The position numbers and the translations under genes were made by a program. The notes below the pieces were generated by a model that was not told the origin of the DNA, made no database searches, and saw only the letters and a program-made list of their open reading frames with translations. Shown here piece after piece: positions 8,349-19,426 of a DNA stretch of 32,922 bases; the first letter of the stretch is position 1, and every line of letters begins with the position of its first letter. The DNA comes from Bdellovibrionales bacterium (GTDB taxonomy: Bacteria; Bdellovibrionota; Bdellovibrionia; Bdellovibrionales; Bdellovibrionaceae): the NCBI GenBank assembly GCA_031370005.1, contig JANMPT010000051.1, forward strand, positions 1-32,922, in the 5' to 3' direction.

Positions 8349-9253
8349 TAGGCCACACGGCCTCTTTCGAGTGCCTTGATTCGATCTGCGAGGGCTGGGT
8401 GGGTCATAAATAAATCGGCAATGCTGCCTTTTCTCTCACGTCCTGAAATTTTCAAGGTGGCCATGCTATCATTGCTAGATGGCGGAGCCTCGTGAAGGCT
8501 CTGCAAGCGTTGAAGAGCTGCGATCATGTTTCCAGAGGAGGAAATCCTGGAGCTACCCGCATCGGCACGGAACTCGCGTTTGCGAGAGTAGAAATTCACG
8601 GCAATGGAGCCCAATAAAGTAAATGCGATATCACCGATAATCACACATAAAAAACGTACTATGCCACGATATTTCTCATCCACATTGCTAGCAATAACAT
8701 TGGCCAGCAGGCGAGAGAAGAACATCGCAAAGGCATTCACCACACCTTGAATTAAAGTCATAGTGACCATATCGCCATTGGCAATATGGGAAACTTCATG
8801 GCCAAGAACTCCTTCGATTTCTTTTTCACTCATTCTTCGCAGCAAGCCAGACGAAACAGCGACCAGAGAATTTTTTTTACTTGGCCCCGTAGCAAAAGCA
8901 TTTACATCATCTGATTCATAGATGCCAACCTCAGGTAGCTTCGGCAACTGGGCGCGACGAGCAAGCTCGTGAACTTTTTCAAGCAACTGACGAAGTTCTG
9001 GCTGGTTTGTGTTTGGATCGATTATTTTGACTCCGTAAAAATGTTTAGCGGCGAATTTTGACATAAGCAAAGATATGAAAGCGCCACCCATACCCCAAAC
9101 CAAACAAAATGCCATTAAAGTCGGCAGGTATTGGTTATAACCGGCAAGGTTTAGAAAATGGCTGATGATCGACCAAGCAATACCGATGGTCACCATCACA
9201 AGAACATTCGTAAGAATAAAATAACCGAAACGTTTAAAAAATTGCATGTTCAA
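8348..9253 (-). CDS. htpX: M48 family membrane zinc protease HtpX
   Basis: NAFATG, GVLGHEVSHIANGDMVTMTL, SRKREFRADAG, THPALADRI. Confidence 0.95.
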   Translation of the reverse strand: MNMQFFKRFGYFILTNVLVMVTIGIAWSIISHFLNLAGYNQYLPTLMAFCLVWGMGGAFISLLMSKFAAKHFYGVKIIDPNTNQPELRQLLEKVHELARRAQLPKLPEVGIYESDDVNAFATGPSKKNSLVAVSSGLLRRMSEKEIEGVLGHEVSHIANGDMVTMTLIQGVVNAFAMFFSRLLANVIASNVDEKYRGIVRFLCVIIGDIAFTLLGSIAVNFYSRKREFRADAGSSRISSSGNMIAALQRLQSLHEAPPSSNDSMATLKISGRERKGSIADLFMTHPALADRIKALERGRVA

Positions 9254-9313
9254 ATCTCCCTATAAATAACCTGAGCCCGTTCTCTATCCAATCTGGCATT
9301 TTCTGAAAACTTG

Positions 9314-11665
9314 TCAAGTCGTGACGGTCTCTTTTGGTTTTTTTGAGCCATTGCTGCTCTGGGTGGTGCTAAACTGGAACTTCAGCGCCGAGGCATCGAC
9401 CTCTACGCTCACGCGTCCTCCATCAACCAGGCGACCAAATAACAACTCGTCTACCAGGGGTTTTTTTAAGTGTTCATCCACTGTGCGCGCTAATGGCCGG
9501 GCTCCATAGACCTTGTCATAGCCTTTTTTCATGAGCCATTTCAAAACTTCTTGAGATACCTGGAAATCAACTTTTTTCTCAGCTAAAGTCATCTTCAACT
9601 CATCAACAAACTTAGTTGCAACTTTAAGGATAATGTCCTCTGGTAAATCTTTAAAACTAACCACTGCGTCCAAACGATTGATGAACTCAGGTGAGAAGGC
9701 TTTTTTAATAGCTTCCATGCTATGTGAACTGCGATTTTCATCAATGATACCGATAGAGCCTCGCGCGACCTCCATGGCTCCCGCATTGCTTGTCATGACA
9801 AAAATAACGTTTTTAAAGTCGGCCACTCGTCCATGGGAATCTGTCAGGCGTCCGGCATCCATCACTTGCAAAAGGGCATTTGTGATATCTGGATGGGCTT
9901 TTTCAAGCTCATCCAGGAGTAAGACCGCATAAGGGTGTTTGTTGACGGCTTCAGTCAGCAATCCGCCGTCTTCATAACCAACATATCCTGGAGGGGCTCC
10001 GATCAAGCGAGCCACGGCGTGCTTTTCCATATATTCACTCATATCAAAGCGATGGAAGTGGACTCCCAAAATATGGGCTAGCTGTTTACAGACTTCCGTT
10101 TTGCCAACGCCAGTGGGGCCTGTGAATAAATAACTGCCAATGGGTTTGTTGGGACGTGCCAGTCCACTGCGGGCTAGTTTAATGCTTGTCACCAAGCGAT
10201 CAATGGCTTCATCTTGGCCATAAATCAGCGCTTTAAGTTTTTTATCTAGATCGCGCAATTGCATTTTTTCATTTGAAGAAATATTAGCAATTGGCAGGCC
10301 AGTCATCTTCGCAATTACTTCCTCAATGGCGGGAATGTCGATAACGAGTTTGTCTAGCTCTTTGTCCTTGTTCTGTCCTATTTGGCGAAGGCGGAAGTAA
10401 GCGCCGGTTTCATCCATCACGTCGATTGCTTTATCTGGCAAGAGTTTTCCGTGAATATGTTTAATTGAAAGATCCACAGCGGCCTTCAGGGCCTCATCAG
10501 TATACTTGACGTTGTGAAACTCCTCATAGGATTTGCGCAGGCCTTTTAAAATTTCCACGCAGTCCGCAGGCGTGGGCTCTGTGACGTCGACACGTTGGAA
10601 CCGGCGATTGAGGGCGCGATCTTTTTCAAAATACTGGCGATACTCGCTGTGAGTGGTTGAACCTATGCAGCTGATGTCGCCACTTGCAAGGGCGGGCTTT
10701 AACAAATTAGAGGCATCCAAAGAGCCGCCACTTGTTGCTCCTGCGCCAACGATATTATGAATCTCATCTATAAAAAGAATCGCATTTGGACGTTTTTCAA
10801 TTTCTTTGATCACGGCTTTGAGACGGCCTTCGAAGTCGCCGCGGAATTTCGTTCCGGCTAGTAGAGTTCCGATATCCAAAGAATAGATCACTGCATTTTT
10901 TAATTTTTCGGGAACCTCGCCATGAACTATTTTTGTAGCCAAGCCTTCAGCAATGGCCGTTTTGCCGACGCCCGGCTCGCCAATAAGCAGGGGATTGTTT
11001 TTTGTTCTGCGGGAAAGAATCTGGACACAACGCTCAATCACATCCTCTCGTCCTACAAGAGGATCAATCTTGCCGGCCTTGGTCTTCTCGTTCAAATTGG
11101 TGCAGAAGCTTTCAAGGGGTGAGTTTTTGTTTTCATCCATGGGTTGCCCATCAATAGCCATTTGCTGTGTCGCAGGAGAAGCTGCGTCTTCATCCGCAGT
11201 GCCACTGACATCTTTGGCAATGCCATGAGAAAGGTAATTAATCACATCAAATTGGCTTAAGCCTTGCTCTGAAAGTGCGAATACAGCGTGGGAATCTTGT
11301 TCATAGAAAAATGCTACAAGCAAGCTGCCCTCATTGATTTGATTGCGGCCCGAGCTTTTGACTTGAATGGCGGCTCTTTGGATCAAGCGATGGCAGGCAA
11401 GTGTAAACTCCGGAGTCCAGCTTTCAAAGCCGCCATAAGAGTCCAATTGCTCTTGGGTGATACGGGGAACAGTTTTTTTTAAATAATCTTTAAGATCTAA
11501 CTTAAGCTTTTGTACATTGGCCCCACAGGATTGAAGAATCTCCACCATAGGCGGTGACTCTGTCAGCGCCAGCAGGATGTGTTCGAGAGTGACGAATTCG
11601 TGATTTGCTTGCTTGGCCATTTCTGTGGCCACTGAAAGTCGGCGTTCTAATTCACGTGTCATCAT
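9314..11665 (-). CDS. clpA: ATP-dependent Clp protease ATPase ClpA
   Basis: Clp N-domain, two AAA modules ([16 protein letters not shown]), no M-domain, SIG loop, adjacent to clpS. Confidence 0.95.
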   Translation of the reverse strand: MMTRELERRLSVATEMAKQANHEFVTLEHILLALTESPPMVEILQSCGANVQKLKLDLKDYLKKTVPRITQEQLDSYGGFESWTPEFTLACHRLIQRAAIQVKSSGRNQINEGSLLVAFFYEQDSHAVFALSEQGLSQFDVINYLSHGIAKDVSGTADEDAASPATQQMAIDGQPMDENKNSPLESFCTNLNEKTKAGKIDPLVGREDVIERCVQILSRRTKNNPLLIGEPGVGKTAIAEGLATKIVHGEVPEKLKNAVIYSLDIGTLLAGTKFRGDFEGRLKAVIKEIEKRPNAILFIDEIHNIVGAGATSGGSLDASNLLKPALASGDISCIGSTTHSEYRQYFEKDRALNRRFQRVDVTEPTPADCVEILKGLRKSYEEFHNVKYTDEALKAAVDLSIKHIHGKLLPDKAIDVMDETGAYFRLRQIGQNKDKELDKLVIDIPAIEEVIAKMTGLPIANISSNEKMQLRDLDKKLKALIYGQDEAIDRLVTSIKLARSGLARPNKPIGSYLFTGPTGVGKTEVCKQLAHILGVHFHRFDMSEYMEKHAVARLIGAPPGYVGYEDGGLLTEAVNKHPYAVLLLDELEKAHPDITNALLQVMDAGRLTDSHGRVADFKNVIFVMTSNAGAMEVARGSIGIIDENRSSHSMEAIKKAFSPEFINRLDAVVSFKDLPEDIILKVATKFVDELKMTLAEKKVDFQVSQEVLKWLMKKGYDKVYGARPLARTVDEHLKKPLVDELLFGRLVDGGRVSVEVDASALKFQFSTTQSSNGSKKPKETVTT

Positions 11666-11695
11666 AAATTTCTCCTCCGTAAGCGATTCCTCAGG

Positions 11696-12070
11696 TTATT
11701 CTTCTTCAAGCGTGCTTTTCAGCGGGTGCTCATTCATTTGTGCATACTGATTCACTTGCATAACTTTCATTTCTGCCACCTCAAGAGTAAACACACCCGC
11801 TACTCCTGCGCCCTTCTTATGAACATCGAGCATGATCTTCGTAGCCTCACTCTCAGTCTTACCGAAAAAGCGGTGAAGTACCAGCACAACGAATTCCATA
11901 GGAGTATAATCGTCATTCAGTAAAATCACCTTATACATTTTTGGTGTTTCTATTCGAGGAATAGTTTGAACCGAGGACTCGCCCTCAGTTGTCACAAAAG
12001 GAAAGTTCTTTGGTGTATTATTAGGTGGGTTGTTATTGTTCGATCCATTTCCGTTTATTTTACTCATCAT
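11696..12070 (-). CDS. clpS: Clp protease adaptor ClpS
   Basis: [37 protein letters not shown]. Confidence 0.95.
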   Translation of the reverse strand: MMSKINGNGSNNNNPPNNTPKNFPFVTTEGESSVQTIPRIETPKMYKVILLNDDYTPMEFVVLVLHRFFGKTESEATKIMLDVHKKGAGVAGVFTLEVAEMKVMQVNQYAQMNEHPLKSTLEEE

Positions 12071-12310
12071 GAGTTCGCCTCTATTCGTCTCTGTTATACT
12101 TGTTAGGCTTGCGGGCTAAAGTCCAGCGTGTTCGTTTAGACCAGGCTTAACAAATCTATCACTTTATTGTAGAGTGTATGTCTTGTTTTGAGAAGCAGTC
12201 TTGATTTTAAAAGCGCAATTTGGCACCATCTTAAAGTGATGCGCATTTAGCGTTAATAAGAAATTTGATAAGTGTTAAAGATAAAAAACAAACCATTTTG
12301 GAGGTTTATA

Positions 12311-12877
12311 ATGTTGGACGTACGATCGAATAAAAATCAAGCGGGTTTCTCGCTTGTAGAATTGATGGTGGTCGTTGCCATCATCGGTATCTTGGCGTCG
12401 CTCGCCATCCCATCAATCGGCAAGTACATGGCAAAAGCTCGCCAATCTGAGGCAAAGACCCAGCTATCGTCTTTGTACACGGCAGAGAAGGCGTTCTTTG
12501 CTGAGTATACGGCTTTTGATGAGAGATTTGCTGCTCTTGGTTATTCTCCAGAGGGAAACCTTAGATATAATGTTGGTTTTGGCGCGGCGGGTTTTGTTGC
12601 CACTATTGCTAACGGTTATACTATGCCAATTGGTTTACTTCCTGATAGGAGCACGATAACCTATTGCGGAGCTGCTGGAGCCGTTGTCAATGCATGTTCA
12701 ACTTTAAATGGTGCTACCAATGTGCCACCGCCAGCTTTACCGGCCGCAAATACTACTACGTCAAATACCTTTCTTGCAGGAGCTACTGCAATTATTCACG
12801 AAGGTGTTCCTGCCGGAGATTTTTGGACAATAACCAACAACAAAATTCTAGTAAATACTGCGAGCGGCATTCCCTAG
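12311..12877 (+). CDS. pilA: Type IVa pilin (probable major pilin)
   Basis: Prepilin site QAG|FSLVELMVVVAIIGIL with E5; GGAGG RBS before ATG 12311; two Cys in variable domain. Confidence 0.85.
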   Translation: MLDVRSNKNQAGFSLVELMVVVAIIGILASLAIPSIGKYMAKARQSEAKTQLSSLYTAEKAFFAEYTAFDERFAALGYSPEGNLRYNVGFGAAGFVATIANGYTMPIGLLPDRSTITYCGAAGAVVNACSTLNGATNVPPPALPAANTTTSNTFLAGATAIIHEGVPAGDFWTITNNKILVNTASGIP

Positions 12878-12883
12878 GCTAGT

Positions 12884-13543
12884 ATGACTGAGTCAGTTTA
12901 TTTACAAAAAAACCCAAGCTTTACTTTGCTTGGGTTTTTTTCTTTTCTATTAGTCATATTTTCGCAGATATATGCGAGCAAAGGTCTTTTGGAAAAGCCT
13001 CGGGATCTTCTGGCTCCCCCGGTTGGGATTGAGCATTTCACTTTTGGCCACAGGGATGTAACCGCGGACGTTTTATGGATTCGCGCCATTCAGGATTTTG
13101 ATTACTGTGATCAAGAAATTGCTAAAAATCTTTGTGTGGGTAAGGGTTGGCTTTATCGCATGTTGAATGCAATTACCGACTTGTCTCCAAAGTTTCGAAT
13201 GCCTTACGCCACAGGGGCTATTGCATTGAGTGTGATGGTTTCCGATGTTGACGGAGCCGCCCGTATTTTTGACAAGGGAGTAGCGCAATTCCCGAATGAT
13301 TGGCCCATTCTTTATCGCGCAGCTTATCACTACCTCTATGAGGTAAAAGATAAAAAAAGAGCTGCTGACCTATTTGTTCGCGCAGGAAGAAATGGCGCAC
13401 CTTCTTGGGTTTATTCCTTGGCAGGAGGTCTTTATAACGAATCCAATGAGCGAGTCTCCGCGGACGCCATCCTTCTAGAAATGATCAAAACCGAAGTCGA
13501 CCCAACAATCATCAAACGCCTCCAAGAAAAACTCAAAAAATAA
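12884..13543 (+). CDS. Pilin-associated membrane-anchored TPR-like protein
   Basis: N-terminal TM; ADVLWIRAIQ..TDLSPKF..FDKGVAQFPNDW resembles TPR proteins found next to pilin genes in deltaproteobacteria-like taxa. Confidence 0.65.
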   Translation: MTESVYLQKNPSFTLLGFFSFLLVIFSQIYASKGLLEKPRDLLAPPVGIEHFTFGHRDVTADVLWIRAIQDFDYCDQEIAKNLCVGKGWLYRMLNAITDLSPKFRMPYATGAIALSVMVSDVDGAARIFDKGVAQFPNDWPILYRAAYHYLYEVKDKKRAADLFVRAGRNGAPSWVYSLAGGLYNESNERVSADAILLEMIKTEVDPTIIKRLQEKLKK

Positions 13544-13632
13544 GGTACGCCCTACCTTTTTCGGATGCGTCATGGCATTTCGCTGATAACCCGACCCAAC
13601 GCTTCGCATCCGAAAAAGGTAGGGCGTACCTT
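13542..13632. repeat. Perfect 28-bp inverted repeat with internally palindromic arms (REP doublet/REPIN-like)
   Basis: AAGGTACGCCCTACCTTTTTCGGATGCG (13542-13569), 35-nt spacer, exact reverse complement at 13605-13632. Confidence 0.85.
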
Positions 13633-13673
13633 CGCTGTCTTGACTCTTGAGGGTTTGCGGATTAGGGAATGGT

Positions 13674-14777
13674 ATGTCGAGTCAAAGAGATTATTATGAG
13701 ATTTTGGGCATTCCCCGTGATGCCGATGCGGATGCTATCAAAAAGGCTTACCGTAAATTAGCAATTCAATTTCATCCTGATAAGAATCCAGGCAATTCCG
13801 AGGCTGAAGAGAAATTTAAAGAAGCCGCTGGCGCCTATGAGATCCTAAGTGATGCCCAAAAGCGTGCGCAGTATGATCGTTTTGGTCATGCGGCCTTCTC
13901 CGGTGGTCGCGGTCACCAGGATGTGAATGATATTTTCGCAAACTTTGGCGATATCTTCGGTGACTTCTTCGGTGGCGGTAGTCAGCAGAGGACCCGTCGC
14001 TCCCGTCATGAGTCGCGCCGTGGGGCGGATCTCCGCTACCTCACGGAGATTTCGCTAAAAGAAGTTTTGCACGGTCTTGAGAAAGATATTGAATTCGACA
14101 CTGATAAATCCTGCAATGAATGTAAAGGCAGCGGAGCTGAAAAAGGTTCTACTCCCGTGACCTGTCCCACTTGCCATGGCTCGGGACAAGTGGTGCGATC
14201 TCAAGGCTTTTTTAGTGTGGCTTCGACCTGCCCCACTTGCCATGGTGAAGGCGCTACTGTCAAAAACCCCTGCAAGTCATGTAAGGGAAAGGGCCGTGTA
14301 TTAGAGCATCGTAAAATTCGTATTAATATTCCCCCAGGAGTTGATACGGGCACTAGATTACGTATTGGTAATGAGGGTGAGGGTGGCTACAACGGAGGCC
14401 CCGCTGGGGACCTTTATGTTGAAATACGTGTTAAGGATAATCCACGTTTTGAGCGCGAAGGGGATGACCTTCATAATACAATTTCCGTGTCTTACTTGCA
14501 GTTGCTTTTGGGTGCTGAGCTCGAAACTGAGACACTCAGTGGACCAGCCACACTGGATATCCCTAAATGTACGTCGAATGGCAAGACCCTGAAGTTGGCT
14601 GGTCATGGCCTTCCTTCATTACGCGGCCAACGTCGCGGTGATCTCTATTGCACTTTAGAGGTCGAATTTCCAGAAAAAATCTCGAAAGAGGAGGAGAAAC
14701 TCCTACGTGATTTGGCAAAATTGAAAAAGATTGAAGTGAAAGAGGATGGCGGCGGTATTTTTAGTCGAAAAAAATAG
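13674..14777 (+). CDS. dnaJ: Chaperone DnaJ (class A)
   Basis: J domain with HPD, G/F region, four CxxCxGxG motifs; start taken at ATG 13674. Confidence 0.96.
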   Translation: MSSQRDYYEILGIPRDADADAIKKAYRKLAIQFHPDKNPGNSEAEEKFKEAAGAYEILSDAQKRAQYDRFGHAAFSGGRGHQDVNDIFANFGDIFGDFFGGGSQQRTRRSRHESRRGADLRYLTEISLKEVLHGLEKDIEFDTDKSCNECKGSGAEKGSTPVTCPTCHGSGQVVRSQGFFSVASTCPTCHGEGATVKNPCKSCKGKGRVLEHRKIRINIPPGVDTGTRLRIGNEGEGGYNGGPAGDLYVEIRVKDNPRFEREGDDLHNTISVSYLQLLLGAELETETLSGPATLDIPKCTSNGKTLKLAGHGLPSLRGQRRGDLYCTLEVEFPEKISKEEEKLLRDLAKLKKIEVKEDGGGIFSRKK

Positions 14778-14846
14778 CTGAAAATGTCCTCTGACACCTT
14801 GACGGCTTGTAAAGCCGACACATGTTCTGACTATAAGGAGTAAACA

Positions 14847-16772
14847 ATGGGAAAAATAATCGGTATTGACTTAGGAACAACCAACTCTTGTGTGGCTATT
14901 ATGGAGGGTGGTGAGCCGAAAGTTTTAGTTAACGAAGAGGGTGCACGTACGACTCCTTCGGTTGTGGCTTTCACCAAAGATGGGGAGCGTTTAGTGGGGC
15001 AGATTGCCAAACGCCAGGCCGTGACCAACCCTGAAAATACAATTTACTCTGCAAAACGTTTTATCGGACGAAGATTCGAAGAAGTAACAGAGGAAATTAA
15101 GCTAGTTCCTTACACTGTGGTTGCAAAAGGCAATGACTGTGCGTTCAAACTATTGAACAGTAAAACAGTTTCTCCAGAGGAAATCGGAGCAGCGGTTCTA
15201 GCGAAACTTAAAAAAGTTGCTGAGGACTATTTGGGTGAACCGGTGACCGAGGCTGTGATTACGGTTCCAGCATACTTCAACGATTCCCAGAGACAGGCGA
15301 CGAAAGATGCCGGTCGGATCGCGGGCCTTGAGGTTAAGCGTATTATCAATGAGCCAACAGCCGCAGCTCTTGCTTATGGTCTTGATAGAAAGAAAGATGA
15401 AAAAATCGTTATTTATGACTTCGGTGGAGGCACATTCGATATTTCCATCCTGGAAGTAGGCGACGGTGTTGTCGAGGTCCGCTCAACAAATGGAGACACT
15501 CATCTGGGTGGAGATAACTTTGACACCGTGATCCTTGAGTGGCTTATCGCTGAGTTCAAAAAAGATCAGGCTATTGATCTCAAAAATGACAAAATGGCCT
15601 TGCAGCGTTTGAAAGAGGCAGCGGAGAAAGCAAAAATTGAGCTCTCCTCTGCACAAGATACAGAGATCAACTTGCCATTTATCACTGCAGATCAATCAGG
15701 TCCGAAGCATCTTCAAACAAGGTTGTCTCGTGCAAAGTTTGATCAGATGACAGAGGCCTTAGTAAAGCGTTCTATGGAGCCTTGCCGCAAGGCTTTGGAA
15801 GATGCTGGAATGAAGTCATCTGAGATCGATGAAATCGTTCTTGTGGGTGGCTCGACACGTATTCCTGCGATCCAAAAAGCAGTGAAGGACTTCTTTGGTA
15901 AAGAACCGAATCGTACTGTGAACCCGGACGAAGTTGTAGCTGTTGGTGCAGCGGTTCAAGGTGGTGTACTTGCGGGTGAGGTAAAGGATGTTCTTCTTTT
16001 GGATGTAACCCCGCTCAGCTTAGGTATTGAGACTTTGGGTGGAGTGATGACCACTTTGATCGAAAGGAATACTGCAATTCCTACGAAGAAAACGCAGGTG
16101 TTTTCAACTGCCGCTGACAATCAGCCCGCAGTAGACATCCACGTTCTTCAAGGAGAGCGCAAAATGTCCACAGATAATAAAACTCTTGGCCGATTTGAGT
16201 TGACGGGAATTCCAGCAGCACCTCGCGGGGTGCCTCAGGTTGAGGTGATTTTTGATATTGATGCCAATGGTATTTTGAGTGTGTCAGCAAAAGACTTGTC
16301 TTCTGGGAAACACCATCAGATCAAGATCACAGCTCAATCCGGCTTGACTGAGGAAGAAGTTAAAAAAGCGGTTCGCGAGGCTGAACTGCAAGCTGATTCC
16401 GATAAACAAAAAGCAGAAGCAGTTCAAGCTCACAACAACTTGGATAATCTGATTTATCAAACAGAAAAAGTAATTAAAGACTCTGGTGCACAAATTCCTG
16501 AGTCCGAGGTGAAATCTGCAAATGAGGCTGTTGCCGAAGCTAAGAAAGTTCTTGAAAACAAGTCCGCTCCAGCTACCGAACTCAAGGCAAGTTTTGATAA
16601 GCTACAAGCAGTGACTCATAAGCTTTCTTCTGAATTATACAAAAAACAAGGTGGTGAGGCTGGTGGTGGAGCAACCAGTGGCGAAGCCTCTTCTGGTGGC
16701 CCTAAAGAATCAGAGGGTGCTACGAAAGGGAACGAAGACGTTATCGACGCAGACTACAAAGACGTCAATTAA
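14847..16772 (+). CDS. dnaK: Chaperone DnaK
   Basis: [37 protein letters not shown]-terminal DVIDADY. Confidence 0.98.
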   Translation: MGKIIGIDLGTTNSCVAIMEGGEPKVLVNEEGARTTPSVVAFTKDGERLVGQIAKRQAVTNPENTIYSAKRFIGRRFEEVTEEIKLVPYTVVAKGNDCAFKLLNSKTVSPEEIGAAVLAKLKKVAEDYLGEPVTEAVITVPAYFNDSQRQATKDAGRIAGLEVKRIINEPTAAALAYGLDRKKDEKIVIYDFGGGTFDISILEVGDGVVEVRSTNGDTHLGGDNFDTVILEWLIAEFKKDQAIDLKNDKMALQRLKEAAEKAKIELSSAQDTEINLPFITADQSGPKHLQTRLSRAKFDQMTEALVKRSMEPCRKALEDAGMKSSEIDEIVLVGGSTRIPAIQKAVKDFFGKEPNRTVNPDEVVAVGAAVQGGVLAGEVKDVLLLDVTPLSLGIETLGGVMTTLIERNTAIPTKKTQVFSTAADNQPAVDIHVLQGERKMSTDNKTLGRFELTGIPAAPRGVPQVEVIFDIDANGILSVSAKDLSSGKHHQIKITAQSGLTEEEVKKAVREAELQADSDKQKAEAVQAHNNLDNLIYQTEKVIKDSGAQIPESEVKSANEAVAEAKKVLENKSAPATELKASFDKLQAVTHKLSSELYKKQGGEAGGGATSGEASSGGPKESEGATKGNEDVIDADYKDVN

Positions 16773-16783
16773 GTCTTGTAGCT

Positions 16784-18673
16784 ATGAATTTCGATGAATA
16801 CAAAAAAATGTACGAAGACTCTGTCCGCGATCCAGAAGCCTTTTGGGGTAAGCAAGCCGAAAGGCTTCACTGGTTTAAAAAGTGGAGTAAAGTCAAAAAT
16901 ACTTCCTTTAAAAGCCCAGTTTCAATTAAGTGGTTTGATGGCGGGGAGTTGAATGTTTCCTACAACTGTATTGATCGCCATTTGGCAACGAGGGGTCATA
17001 AGATAGCTCTTATATGGGAATCTGATGACCCTCATATACCCTCAAAAAAAGTGACCTATAAAGAACTCCATGAGAACGTTTGCAAGTTTGCAAACATTCT
17101 CAAACGCAATGGCGTAAAACGTGGCGACCGCGTTACGATCTACATGCCAATGATTCTTGAGGCCGCCTACGCAATGCTGGCCTGCACTCGTATAGGTGCC
17201 ATCCATTCCGTGATTTTTGGGGGCTTTGCACCGGACTCTATTGCAGATAGAATTATCGACTGCGATTCTGATTTTGTGATTACTGCTGATGAAGGCTATC
17301 GCGGTGGAAAAACTATCCCACTTAAATATAACGTCGATCAGGCACTAATGCGGACACCAAAAGTCCGCAAAGTTTTGGTAGTTAAACACTCTGGTAATAC
17401 TGTTAATTTTAAAAACGGGCGGGATATTTGGTATCACGAGGAACTTTCTCTGGTAGATGCCAATTGTGAAGCAGAAAAAATGAGTGCGGAAGATCCCCTT
17501 TTTCTTCTATACACCTCTGGCTCCACGGGTAAACCGAAGGCCGTTCTTCACACCACGGGTGGTTATTTGCTGTATGTCGGAGTGACTCACGAATATGTTT
17601 TTGATCTCAAGGAAAACGATATTTACTGGTGCACAGCAGACGTTGGCTGGGTGACCGGGCATAGTTATTTAATTTATGGCCCATTAGTAAACGGTGCCAC
17701 GACATTGATGTTTGAAGGCGTGCCTCATTACCCAAGTTTCTCGCGTTTTTGGGAAGTGGTGGATAAACACAAAGTCACAATATTTTATACCGCGCCAACG
17801 GCAATTCGTTCCTTGATGAGAGAGGGTGATGAACCCGTGAAAAAATGCTCAAGGAAGTCTTTGCGCATTCTCGGAACTGTAGGGGAGCCCATCAATCCTG
17901 AGGCATGGTATTGGTATCACAAAGTAGTAGGTGATGAACGTTGCCCTATTGTAGACACTTGGTGGCAGACTGAGACCGGCGGAATTTTAATTTCTCCCAT
18001 ACCAGGAGCCATGGAGTTAAAGCCAGGGTCGGCAACCTTGCCGTTTTTTGGTATTAAGCCAGTGATCTTGACTCCCGAAGGGCAGCGCCTTGAAGGAGCT
18101 TGCGAAGGAATTTTGGCCATAGAAGACTCGTGGCCAGGGCAAATGCGCACGGTTTATAAAAATCACGAGCGTTTTGAGCACACATATTTTTCTAGTTATA
18201 AAGGTTATTATTTTACCGGGGATGGCTGTCGCCGCGATGAAGATGGTTATTATTGGATTACTGGCCGTGTAGATGATGTTTTAAATGTTTCAGGTCACCG
18301 CATAGGGACGGCAGAAATTGAGAGTGCCTTGGTCGGTCATGCGGGAGTCTCAGAAGCAGCTGTTGTGGGATATCCCCATGATATTAAAGGCACGGGCATT
18401 TATGCCTTTGTCACTCTAAGAAATGGTCTTGAGGGAAGCGAAGAAATTAAAAAAGAATTAACCCAATGGGTTCGGAAAGAAATCGGTGCCATCGCATCGC
18501 TGGATTTGATTCAATGGGCTTCATCTGGATTGCCAAAAACTCGCTCTGGAAAAATCCTTCGCCGAGTTTTAAGAAAGATCGCCGAGAATCATCCGGATCA
18601 ACTGGGAGATATCTCAACTTTGGCAGATCCAAGCGTCGTCGATGAACTAGTAAAGAACCGCCTCTCCAAATAA
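16784..18673 (+). CDS. acs: Acetyl-CoA synthetase
   Basis: [32 protein letters not shown]. Confidence 0.95.
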   Translation: MNFDEYKKMYEDSVRDPEAFWGKQAERLHWFKKWSKVKNTSFKSPVSIKWFDGGELNVSYNCIDRHLATRGHKIALIWESDDPHIPSKKVTYKELHENVCKFANILKRNGVKRGDRVTIYMPMILEAAYAMLACTRIGAIHSVIFGGFAPDSIADRIIDCDSDFVITADEGYRGGKTIPLKYNVDQALMRTPKVRKVLVVKHSGNTVNFKNGRDIWYHEELSLVDANCEAEKMSAEDPLFLLYTSGSTGKPKAVLHTTGGYLLYVGVTHEYVFDLKENDIYWCTADVGWVTGHSYLIYGPLVNGATTLMFEGVPHYPSFSRFWEVVDKHKVTIFYTAPTAIRSLMREGDEPVKKCSRKSLRILGTVGEPINPEAWYWYHKVVGDERCPIVDTWWQTETGGILISPIPGAMELKPGSATLPFFGIKPVILTPEGQRLEGACEGILAIEDSWPGQMRTVYKNHERFEHTYFSSYKGYYFTGDGCRRDEDGYYWITGRVDDVLNVSGHRIGTAEIESALVGHAGVSEAAVVGYPHDIKGTGIYAFVTLRNGLEGSEEIKKELTQWVRKEIGAIASLDLIQWASSGLPKTRSGKILRRVLRKIAENHPDQLGDISTLADPSVVDELVKNRLSK

Positions 18674-18676
18674 AAC

Positions 18677-19213
18677 TCAGTAGGCAATCGTCAGAATTGT
18701 GGCACCTTTAGAGTGAATATTCACCAGCTTCAATGTGCCGCTCCCTTTGATTGAGAGCATTTGCGTTTTGGTGATCTCAATGGAGTCATCATGGGTTCTC
18801 ACTGTGAGACTTCCGTCTAGGACATAAATCTCATAGCAAAAATTTATTTCTATTTTCATTTTTCTGATTGATTTTGAATGAACGTCTATTGACCGAATTT
18901 TTGCTGAGCCACTAAATGCTTTTGCATAATTTTTAATTGTAAAATTATTTTGAGATTTTTCCAAATACTCAATGCGCTTTTTTATTTCTATGTCCATCTT
19001 CTCGGTTTTGCGGAATAGCTCCGCCAATGGAATTTCATAGTGTTTAGCGAGGATATTCAGGTTTTCAAACGTAATTTCGCCGTGCCCTCGTTCAAGCCTG
19101 CTCATTTGATATTGAGAGAGTCCGACTTTTTGACCCAGTTGCTTTTGGGTAAGACCTTCTCCTTGGCGCAGATTTATAAGTTTCCAGGCAATGTCTCGGT
19201 AGATCTCAGTCAT
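18677..19213 (-). CDS. XRE-family HTH regulator with degenerate cupin-like C-terminal domain
   Basis: LRQGEGLTQKQLGQKVGLSQYQMSRLERG; C-terminal EIYVLDGSLTV; start taken at ATG 19213. Confidence 0.8.
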   Translation of the reverse strand: MTEIYRDIAWKLINLRQGEGLTQKQLGQKVGLSQYQMSRLERGHGEITFENLNILAKHYEIPLAELFRKTEKMDIEIKKRIEYLEKSQNNFTIKNYAKAFSGSAKIRSIDVHSKSIRKMKIEINFCYEIYVLDGSLTVRTHDDSIEITKTQMLSIKGSGTLKLVNIHSKGATILTIAY

Positions 19214-19243
19214 AAGTTTTCCGTCATTAGTACTTATTAAATG

Positions 19244-19284
19244 CAATGGCGTAATACGCCATTGAGTTGCGTATTACGCCATTG
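19244..19284. promoter_or_regulatory. Tandem palindromic operator pair
   Basis: CAATGGCGTA-A-TACGCCATTG (19244-19264) then TTGCGTA-T-TACGCCATTG (19267-19284), period 20 bp. Confidence 0.7.
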
Positions 19285-19426
19285 GTCTTTGTGGCCTTTT
19301 TCAATATCAAGGCAGGGAGCAAAAACAGAACTCAAGTGAGGGCGGAGGACTCGCAAAAAGGGGTCCGGGGACGGGTTGGGGTCGGAACTCCTTGTCTGGA
19401 GGGCGGATCAAGAGTATTTAATTGCG

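Noticed and set aside
12221..12236. TGGCAC box upstream of pilA as a sigma-54 promoter
   Set aside because: The -12 position reads TAAA, lacking the required GC at GG-N10-GC
12311..12877. Conductive (Geobacter-type) short pilin
   Set aside because: Full-length pilin with a globular domain; nothing supports conductivity
14160..14250. Near-identical ~20-nt direct repeat in dnaJ
   Set aside because: Explained by two TCPTCHG zinc-finger repeats
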